Shown here piece after piece: positions 8,486 through 16,005 of a stretch of DNA of 16,049 bases. This DNA comes from Candidatus Hodarchaeota archaeon (GTDB lineage: Archaea; Asgardarchaeota; Heimdallarchaeia; Hodarchaeales; Hodarchaeaceae). Location: positions 1-16,049 of the forward strand of contig JAEOTC010000223.1 in assembly GCA_016840035.1 (NCBI GenBank). The letters run 5' to 3'. A program made the translations under genes and the position numbers. The first letter of the stretch is position 1, and each line of letters begins with the position of its first letter. The notes beneath the pieces are model-generated. The model did not search any database and was not told the DNA's origin. It saw only the letters and a program-made list of their open reading frames with translations.

Positions 8486-9985
8486 ATGCGTCATATCTCA
8501 AAAATTGCCAATATAATGATTGGAGTTTGTATTCTTGCATTCATAATCCCTTCAGTAGTCAATGTAAGTTCTAGCTCTAGTGCTGGAATTGATGAAATGA
8601 ATATCGTTTTTATAACTAATAATGATGCTGATTATGAGCTTGCTACTGCTGTAAACCAAACACTCAATCTTAATGCGACTATTCTAGACATAAAGACGAG
8701 TGAGGATCTAAATGAAGTAATCTCTGCAGGGAATTATTACGAAAATTATGATTCAATTATCCTCATCCTAAATCAACTATCTCCATTAAGTAATTCATCT
8801 ATAGCGGATTTAGAATCTTATGTAAGTAATGGGAATTTATTTGGAATTATATCCACACAGATCTGGCGATTTAACACATCATTTCATACGTTAATGGGTT
8901 TAAGCATCGAAATGCAAGGTCAAAAGGTTTATCCGATGGGGAATGTTTCAGATTCAATTGAAATATCCATTACAAATGGCACATTATTAACAGAACCATT
9001 TTCTTTTTATGAAAATACTACGCTATCCCTAGAGGGAGGCGTGGGTATTACACAAGCCATATCACAATCATATCAAATAGCAACGAGTTCGAATCCCCCT
9101 TATGGAAATACAAGTCTAAATGCTTTTGAATATGACTCTGGCTTTATCTTTGCGCTACCCATATCACCAATTGACGTTTCTCCCTCACTAACTGGATTAT
9201 CCCAGTTTGTATCCGCAATTACTTCATCAGGATTAAATTCATTGGAAAGAAATGAGATTGATAATGGAGATGAGTCAACCACAGCTCCTGCTAGGATTTT
9301 ATTTATGCTTACGAATGAGGAATTAGAAACGGGAGTTACAATCGGATTAATCTCAGTATTACTTGTTATTCTTGGGTATTTTGTCTCAAAAATTACTATT
9401 AAGCCCCAAGTAAACCTTGATCTTCCAAAAGATAAGACGTTGATGGCATATCTACTAACTCCCATAATTTTCATTGGACAAATTTTATATCCCCCCATTG
9501 TTAGACGAATAGATACCTACGATGTCATGGAAAATGAATATCGAAACCAAATCCTAACGATTCTTGATGAAAGAGAATTTCTACATTTTAGAGAACTTAA
9601 AAGAGAGCTTAATATAGGCACATCAAGTCTTAGATGGCATTTACAAGTCCTTGAGGATTTCAGACTTATTGATAGACAAGTTTTTGGTCAATATGAGATT
9701 TATTACTTAATACGTCGAATCCCCGACCCTGGTTTTCTAGTATTATACTTTTCAATTATATCAGGAGGAGGTTACCGCATCGCACAGGCTTTTTCACGGG
9801 TGAATACATGGGAGTTAAGCACTCTGGCAGATTATTTGGGTCAATCAAAGGAAGCTGTCAGGTACCATCTCAAAAAATTGGAACAAATTAATTTAATTCA
9901 TCATATTAACAATAAGTATATTCTGAATTCCCAGAAAGGTTCTATTCTAAAGTCTGCACTTGAAAGACGCGGTAAAACGAATTAG
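8486..9985 (+). CDS. Membrane-anchored transcriptional regulator: signal/TM, ectodomain, TM segment(s), two winged-helix domains (COG3398/ArsR-like)
   Basis: Hydrophobic aa ~9-26; N/S/T-rich domain with several N-x-S/T sequons; TM GVTIGLISVLLVILGYFV and hydrophobic LMAYLLTPIIFIGQILYP; HTH1 ENEYRNQIL...LHFRELKRELNIGTSSLRWHLQVLEDFRLI; HTH2 LSTLADYLGQSKEAVRYHLKKLEQINLI. Confidence 0.82.
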   Translation: MRHISKIANIMIGVCILAFIIPSVVNVSSSSSAGIDEMNIVFITNNDADYELATAVNQTLNLNATILDIKTSEDLNEVISAGNYYENYDSIILILNQLSPLSNSSIADLESYVSNGNLFGIISTQIWRFNTSFHTLMGLSIEMQGQKVYPMGNVSDSIEISITNGTLLTEPFSFYENTTLSLEGGVGITQAISQSYQIATSSNPPYGNTSLNAFEYDSGFIFALPISPIDVSPSLTGLSQFVSAITSSGLNSLERNEIDNGDESTTAPARILFMLTNEELETGVTIGLISVLLVILGYFVSKITIKPQVNLDLPKDKTLMAYLLTPIIFIGQILYPPIVRRIDTYDVMENEYRNQILTILDEREFLHFRELKRELNIGTSSLRWHLQVLEDFRLIDRQVFGQYEIYYLIRRIPDPGFLVLYFSIISGGGYRIAQAFSRVNTWELSTLADYLGQSKEAVRYHLKKLEQINLIHHINNKYILNSQKGSILKSALERRGKTN

Positions 9986-10175
9986 ATTTCTGAAGATTGA
10001 TTTCTGTTTTTTTGAAATTCTTATTGTATAAAAAATTCAATTTCAAAACTTGATTGCGAATTACTCATTCTTCCAAAAAAGTGTTCCTCAAATCATTAAT
10101 AATTAGCCGAATACAGACTACCTGACTTAATCAATTGTTTAACATTAAGTTTGATATACTAAGAAGTGATAATAA

Positions 10176-11267
10176 ATGAAAAAGAAATTGAGTATTCCAA
10201 TAACTCTTATATTCGGAGTCCTCCTTCTAAGCTTCGTCAGTCAAGCAGCATCTGCTGATACATATGTTGTAAAACAAGCTATTGCTACAGCTGATCCTCC
10301 TACTGACGGATGGCAGAATGTTGAGAATGGTGTAAGAGTAAATATTTCGGCAGGAAATCGAACACGTTTGAGGACACAAAATGGTACTCAAATTCGTCTT
10401 AGAACTCAGGAAAATGTTAGTCTTCATTTAACTGAGACAGACGATAATCCTGAAGGGCCATTACCGAATAAGACAAGAAATGTTATACGTTTTATGAATG
10501 TTGAGTTAAATGGTACAACAGCTATGAATGCAACCATGTTTCACAACTTTACTCATGTCGAATTGACAGGTTTAGGGAACTATTCAACATTTCGGTGGGC
10601 GTATTATAACGAAGAATCCTTTGAGTGGCAGTATGCATATGAAAATTGGGTAGAAGAACGTCCTGATGGAGCAGCTGTATTTTGCAATACAACTCACTTC
10701 TCAACTTGGGTTATTTTAGCTCCTCAAGTTGTAGACGCACCACCAGTAGATAAACCCAATCCAGAAAATGCCTATAATTCTAAGAACGGTACAGCTTTTG
10801 CTCTTCAAGGTGGAAACCGTTACCAGATCCGAACACAGAGTGGATTTTCTCTACAGATCCAACTCAATAAGAGTGCAGAAGTTACTGTCACAGAATATGA
10901 AGAATCTCCGCAGCTTATGAACAGAGAAAGACATCGAATTCGAACTCAAACTATGAGTGTTGAGTTAAATTGCTCCGCAGGAATCAATGCTACATTTGCA
11001 TATGAATTTTCGCATGAGAACCGTACTCAAATGGGTATAAAGAATATGGAGAAACTCAAATTCATGTTTTACAATGAAACATCCAATGAATGGGAAGCTC
11101 CCAAAAATCAATGGATAGAAGGTGATACGTTATACTGTAATACAACTCATTTCAGTTTGTGGACTATTGCTGAAGAAGAAGTTGATTCATCTTCAACCCC
11201 GAGTTTTACCTTACTACCTCTGTTAGGCACTCTAGCCACAATTATCATCATAAGAAGAAGGAAATAA
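10176..11267 (+). CDS. Cell-surface glycoprotein with two tandem ~135-aa domains each ending in CNTTHFSxW, and a PGF-CTERM-like anchor
   Basis: Signal peptide (MKKKLS...AASA); internal duplication; 17 N-x-S/T sequons counted; C-terminus SSSTPSF + hydrophobic helix + RRRK; SD AAGTGAT. Confidence 0.85.
   Translation: MKKKLSIPITLIFGVLLLSFVSQAASADTYVVKQAIATADPPTDGWQNVENGVRVNISAGNRTRLRTQNGTQIRLRTQENVSLHLTETDDNPEGPLPNKTRNVIRFMNVELNGTTAMNATMFHNFTHVELTGLGNYSTFRWAYYNEESFEWQYAYENWVEERPDGAAVFCNTTHFSTWVILAPQVVDAPPVDKPNPENAYNSKNGTAFALQGGNRYQIRTQSGFSLQIQLNKSAEVTVTEYEESPQLMNRERHRIRTQTMSVELNCSAGINATFAYEFSHENRTQMGIKNMEKLKFMFYNETSNEWEAPKNQWIEGDTLYCNTTHFSLWTIAEEEVDSSSTPSFTLLPLLGTLATIIIIRRRK
10494..11162 (+). 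repeat. Intragenic domain duplication visible at DNA level
   Basis: ATGAATGTTGAGTTAAAT (10494) vs ATGAGTGTTGAGTTAAAT (10953); TGCAATACAACTCACTTC (10683) vs TGTAATACAACTCATTTC (11136). Confidence 0.8.
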
Positions 11268-11302
11268 TTTCCCTCTTCTTCTTTTTTTTTATGCTATTTT
11301 TT
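11268..11302 (+). terminator. Oligo-T/pyrimidine-rich archaeal-type terminator between convergent genes
   Basis: TTTCCCTCTTCTTC followed by T9 (11282-11290) and a further T run immediately after the stop codon. Confidence 0.6.
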
Positions 11303-11313
11303 CAGAGAGAAAA

Positions 11314-12354
11314 TTAGGTTTTAAATTTCTTAACATCTTCTACTAAGACTCTACTCATCTCTTGTAAATCCTGAGTAGCTGAAGTTAATTGTGACATCGA
11401 AGCTATTTGTTCCTCACTAGAAGCAGCAACCTCCTCACTACTTGCAGAAAACTCTTCTGCCTGAGTAGCAAAATTTTGGAAAGCCTCCTTTATTTTTGTA
11501 CTGGATCCTTTAATATTTTGAGTGAAAGAATCAGTAATTTCGGTGATATCTTTACTATGACTCTGTGTTTCCTCTGCTAACCTGCGTACATTATCTGTAA
11601 CGACTGCAAATCCACGTCCATACTCTCCAGCTCTTGCTGCCTCAATTGCTGCATTTAAAGCAAGAATGGTTGTTTGAGAGGCAATATCGTTAATTGTACC
11701 CAAGGTGCTTTCAATCGCAATGAACGCCTCATCAACAGATTTGGTCATGTCACTTACATCCTGATATCCCTGATTCGCTACTTCAGAGATCAAAGCGGCA
11801 CCTTGAGAAATTTGATTAATCGAAAGCGAAATTTCGTTACTTAAGGAGTTTAACTCATTACTTAATGTCATTAATTCACTAGAAGATCCATCCACTTGGA
11901 AAGATGATTTTTTTACCGTTGTAATAATATCTCGAAGGTTTCTAATTGCAGTAGAGTAGGATACGTACGATTTTTCAATTTCATCTTCACTCGTAGAGCT
12001 GGTATATTCAGGTACTGTCGATAAATCATTGTCCGAAATCTGGTCAGCAAATTTTTCTAGCTGTTTTATTGGATTCATTAATACACGACTTAGGAGTAGT
12101 GCTATGACAATTGCTAATACGACTGAAAAAGTAATTGTGGTTCCACTTCTAAACATAATTCCTTGATATCTTGCCTTCAAATTGTCTCCTTCCTCACCAG
12201 ATACCAAGGGTTGTGTATACCGGAAGAAGTCCGCTGTTCCTGTGGTTGCGATCACCATCACAAGACTTAGGGGCCCTAATCCTACAAGCAACATTCCGAT
12301 AAGTAATTTTGTTCTTATTCCTCATTTATTAAATATTTTGTCAAAAAATTTCAT
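11314..12354 (-). CDS. Methyl-accepting chemotaxis protein (TM-short loop-TM-HAMP-signalling domain); full frame interrupted by an in-frame TGA at codon 11, possibly a pseudogene or restarting at 12294
   Basis: Signature [29 protein letters not shown]; HAMP NPIKQL...DEI. The upstream in-frame reading is [19 protein letters not shown], starting from ATG 12354 with GGAG upstream. Confidence 0.88.
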
Positions 12355-12705
12355 TTAATCAGCCTTCTCCAATAACCCAATAAAATTAGATACAGAAGTT
12401 GATATTTCAGATATTATAATCTTGACAGCTTTTAGTAACATTTAGAAATTCATAGATTTTTCCCAAATGATGCAATGATTGACATAAGGCAATTTTGTAC
12501 CAAGGAGAGGGCAATCCTTTTCATTTTTATTAAACTAATTAAGTAAAAATGTTGGATACAAATAAACAAATTGAGAGAAGCATTATACGAATTTTCCTTG
12601 GAATAAGGTCAAAACTAGCAAACCAAGAAAACGTAGTACAAACTAGTCTTAGAATCTTGCCTTATTTACTTATGTTTTAATATAAGCTTGGTAATAATCA
12701 ATTGA

Positions 12706-14016
12706 ATGACATCAAGTGATTGGGCCAAAATTTCTGATAATGTAAAGAAGTGGTTTAATAAGATAACTGAACCCTCTCCTGAAATTGATGAGGAAGAATT
12801 ACGACTAAAGATAAGATTTTTTAATTCAACATTCTTTTTTTTCTTTATCTTCTCCAATTTACTGTTTTTTTTCAGAATTTTCCTTCTTCTAATTTCCTCT
12901 ACACCACTACTATCGTGGGGGTTTATTCAATCACTAGTTCTTTCAATAATAGCATTGTCTTTCTTATGTATAGGAAGAACCATTTACTATCAATATGCAC
13001 TCACAGCGATATTTTGGGTACCATTAATCCAGCCTTTAATCACAATTTCCTTGTATAACTCCGTTGATGATGCAGATATGATTATTATCAATCCTACGAT
13101 GATTTTTATTTTAGGGATTCTGCTAGTAGGTATTATTTATTCACGAAAAGGAACAATTGTTTTCAGTACTATTAGCATAATGGAGTTGTTTCTCTTTTAT
13201 GGAATAATCCTAGAATATCCTATCACCTGGATTACGCCAAAAGTAGTCTTTTTACTAATTATTGCTTTTATTACAATCATTGGGATACTGTATCGGGAAC
13301 AATTAGATAGATTCAAAGAAGGATTCAAAGATCAACGTGATAGATTTATCTTTATGACAAATCACGAATTGAGGAATCCATGTACAGTCATTAAAGGGTA
13401 TAATGAGTGGTTATTATCAAATTATGACAAGATCAATGATCAACAGAAGATTTCGATTCTTGGCAATATCAGCAATAATGTTGCACGGTTAGAACGTCTT
13501 ATTGAAGAAGTTTCGGATGTTGATCAAATCGAACGGGGGATATTTCAAATCAAAAAAGAAGAATTTGATTTTAATGCCTTTTTTGAAGAATTTCTTGATC
13601 CGTATAAAGCCAGTTTGTCTAATGTCTTAGAATATCATAATTTATTGAAAAATGAAGAACATACAATCCTAGGAGATCGTGATCGTCTCTCACAAGTTTT
13701 TATTAACATCCTTGAGAATGCTCTAAAGCAGACTCCTCAAAATAAGCGAAAAATATCTATAATCTTGGACAAGGTGGAAGATTATCTTCGGGTATCTATC
13801 ATGGATAATGGAGCAGGAATCGCCTCGGAGAATTTGGAAATTATCTTTGATCAATTTGTCTCTATTCAAACTGAATATTCTTCAACTGGTACAGGTATTG
13901 GACTTTATGTTGCGCGTCAAATCGTCAATAATCTTGGAGGGGAAATTCGTGCTGACAGCAAAGGAATCGGATCTGGCTCCACATTTATTGTAAAGCTCCC
14001 CTATTTTAAGAATTAG
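12706..14016 (+). CDS. Membrane-bound sensor histidine kinase (multi-TM, HisKA, HATPase_c)
   Basis: About six hydrophobic segments in aa 40-195; H-box HELRNP, N-box QVFINILENALK, G1 DNGAGI, F-box IFDQF, G2 GTGIGL. Confidence 0.95.
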   Translation: MTSSDWAKISDNVKKWFNKITEPSPEIDEEELRLKIRFFNSTFFFFFIFSNLLFFFRIFLLLISSTPLLSWGFIQSLVLSIIALSFLCIGRTIYYQYALTAIFWVPLIQPLITISLYNSVDDADMIIINPTMIFILGILLVGIIYSRKGTIVFSTISIMELFLFYGIILEYPITWITPKVVFLLIIAFITIIGILYREQLDRFKEGFKDQRDRFIFMTNHELRNPCTVIKGYNEWLLSNYDKINDQQKISILGNISNNVARLERLIEEVSDVDQIERGIFQIKKEEFDFNAFFEEFLDPYKASLSNVLEYHNLLKNEEHTILGDRDRLSQVFINILENALKQTPQNKRKISIILDKVEDYLRVSIMDNGAGIASENLEIIFDQFVSIQTEYSSTGTGIGLYVARQIVNNLGGEIRADSKGIGSGSTFIVKLPYFKN

Positions 14017-14053
14017 AGGATAATAATCTCTAGGAATAGTGTTTAGGATAGTG

Positions 14054-14097
14054 CATTTCGTCTTCAAATGTGTTTGAAGACATTCGGATGAAATGTC
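14054..14097. other. Inverted-repeat / stem-loop element downstream of the kinase
   Basis: GTCTTCAAA (14060-14068) / TTTGAAGAC (14073-14081) perfect 9-bp stem; flanking CATTTC (14054-14059) / GAAATG (14090-14095). Confidence 0.45.
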
Positions 14098-14269
14098 GGA
14101 AGCATCTGCAAAAAGAATAATGGATGAAAATAATTCATTTTATGACCTGATTCACAAATAGAGATTAAGATTATTATTTGTGAAGAAAAACTAAAATAAG
14201 ACAGAATGGATACTAATTTATATGTACTTTAACAGTATTGAAATATATTTTCAAGGATTCTGATATAAC

Positions 14270-14833
14270 TTGAGCTATTTTGACGATGAGAGTAATGTTG
14301 AACAGTATATTAAAATGGCTGAAGGATTCAATGGTCAGGAAATAATTAATCATTTAATTAACTATTTACCGCATGGTTCATCAGTGCTTGAATTAGGAAT
14401 GGGGCCTGGAACGGATATTCCTCTCTTAGAGAAACATTACAAGGTCACAGGATCGGATTATTCCAAAATTTTTATCGATCGTTATCAAAAATTGCATCCT
14501 GAGGCTGATTTGTTAGTCTTAAACGCAATCACCCTTGAAACAAATCGTAAATTCCATGGTATATATTCTAATAAGGTTTTAATTCATCTTACTCGTACTG
14601 AGTTAATACAATCTATTAGGAGACAAGCAATGATTCTAAATCCATATGGGGTCATTTGTCATTCATTCTGGAGAGGAATCAAAGAGGAAAACCATCATGG
14701 GTTACTTTTCACCTATTATGAAGAAAATGATCTTAGAAATTTGTTTTCAGAAAACTTTACTATCCTTGAAATAAAGAAATATAGAGAATCAGAACCAGAT
14801 GATTCAATTTTACTAATAGGAAGAAAAATTTAG
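14270..14833 (+). CDS. Class I SAM-dependent methyltransferase
   Basis: Motif I VLELGMGPG, VTGSDYS, FHGIYSNKVLIHL, ILNPYG; TTG start. Confidence 0.9.
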   Translation: MSYFDDESNVEQYIKMAEGFNGQEIINHLINYLPHGSSVLELGMGPGTDIPLLEKHYKVTGSDYSKIFIDRYQKLHPEADLLVLNAITLETNRKFHGIYSNKVLIHLTRTELIQSIRRQAMILNPYGVICHSFWRGIKEENHHGLLFTYYEENDLRNLFSENFTILEIKKYRESEPDDSILLIGRKI

Positions 14834-14945
14834 TGTCCTTTCTCACTCGTTTCGTGACCTGTATTTGACGAAAGCCAGTTTTAAAAATTCAAATCCGAGT
14901 TTGAAGATGTTTTCAAAAAGTTGTATAACCAAGGCAAAATGATCT

Positions 14946-14980
14946 TTGTAGTATTGTAGTCAATATTGTATTTATGTAGT
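14946..14980 (+). promoter_or_regulatory. Repeated TGTAGT boxes upstream of the toxin-antitoxin operon, putative autoregulatory operator
   Basis: TGTAGT at 14947, 14955 and 14975, TGTATT at 14967; reverse complement ACTACA at 15031-15036. Confidence 0.4.
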
Positions 14981-15021
14981 AAAACTTATTAGTATCATTT
15001 CAATATTAAATTTGAAATAAT

Positions 15022-15294
15022 ATGGGATCTACTACACGAAGAGTATCAGAGGCAGAACTACAGAAACTGAAAGAAATTCAAATCCATCTTAAGCAAATTG
15101 GAATTGATATTAGTCAAGTAGAACTGAGTGAAACTATCACCAATTATGTTTTAGAACGTTTCGATGATTTTATTAAAGAATATCGCGCCAAAACAGAGCA
15201 TGACAAGCAAGACACTCTTTTAAATTGGATAAACACTCCTTTTGATGGTGAAGAACAAACTGATGCTGTTAAGGAACATGATGTGACTCAGTAA
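15022..15294 (+). CDS. Putative VapB-type antitoxin
   Basis: 90 aa; N-terminal TTRRVS strand followed by helices (RHH-like); acidic C-terminus ending TDAVKEHD; TAATG overlap with the PIN gene. Confidence 0.7.
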   Translation: MGSTTRRVSEAELQKLKEIQIHLKQIGIDISQVELSETITNYVLERFDDFIKEYRAKTEHDKQDTLLNWINTPFDGEEQTDAVKEHDVTQ

Positions 15295-15689
15295 TGTTCA
15301 TAGATAGCGTAGTATGGATTGCGCTCAAATATAAAAAAGATCAATGGCACAAAGAAGCTACCCATCTAAAGAATAGAATCGTGAGATTAGAAAAAATTCT
15401 CGTAACTGATTTTGTTATTGTAGAAACATATAACTTCTTATTAAGAAAAATTTCATTGACAGCCGCACAAGAAACGCTTGTAATGTTCCTCGAAAGTCAA
15501 AAAGTTGTGATCTTGTACAATAATTTTCTCACTCTATCAAATTCAAAGAAAATTTTGGAAAAACATAATCATCTTAGTCTAACAGACGCGAATATTGTGT
15601 GGTTTTCCAAAAATTTAAACATTGAAGAAATAATAAGCTTCGATAAGGGATTTGATAGCGTTTCTGGAATTGAAAGGATATCTAAGTGA
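15294..15689 (+). CDS. vapC: PIN-domain ribonuclease toxin (VapC family)
   Basis: MFIDS..., D..H, VIVET, LSLTDA and SFDKGF give the conserved acidic PIN residues; 131 aa. Confidence 0.92.
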   Translation: MFIDSVVWIALKYKKDQWHKEATHLKNRIVRLEKILVTDFVIVETYNFLLRKISLTAAQETLVMFLESQKVVILYNNFLTLSNSKKILEKHNHLSLTDANIVWFSKNLNIEEIISFDKGFDSVSGIERISK

Positions 15690-15710
15690 ATTCTCAATTG
15701 ATCTTCCAAG

Positions 15711-15893
15711 ATGGATTTCTACAAGAACATTATTATGATGAACTTCCATAATATAGCTAATCATGCAGAACCAGATCATTCTGGAACATTTAATAAAGTT
15801 TTAACATTGTATCCAGATGCTCAAGTGGTTTGTACGGAGAAAGGGATATCCCAATTTATGTTCTCCAAAAAGGTATCTCTTACTATATTTTGA
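15711..15893 (+). pseudogene. fprA: Fragment of a flavodiiron protein (FprA/NorV-type metallo-beta-lactamase domain)
   Basis: IANHAEPDHSG...YPDAQVVCTEKG (about 15753-15845) matches the H-x-E-x-D-H diiron motif region; the rest of the ~400-aa protein is absent. Confidence 0.7.
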
Positions 15894-15974
15894 TATGCAG
15901 AAAATAACTTATCTGAAGTTTAGGTCATATATCAAATTTCATCCATTCTTCACCGTTTTCCCTGATCCTTTAAG

Positions 15975-16005
15975 AAAAAAAAAAGATCTTAGGTGTTTAC
16001 CTAAG
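15975..16005 (-). terminator. Hairpin plus T10 terminator for a minus-strand gene entering from the right edge
   Basis: CTTAGGT (15988-15994) / ACCTAAG (15999-16005) stem with 4-nt loop; A10 at 15975-15984 reads as T10 downstream on the minus strand. Confidence 0.55.

Noticed and set aside
12322-12324. Selenocysteine or genome-wide TGA recoding as the explanation for the MCP stop
   Set aside because: The position is a non-catalytic N-terminal tail, no SECIS was identified, and TGA serves as a normal stop elsewhere in the window (1227, 1430, 1466, 15689).
12835-12842. T8 tract in the kinase as a phase-variation site
   Set aside because: It encodes a Phe-rich TM helix, the frame is intact, and such runs are common at this AT content.
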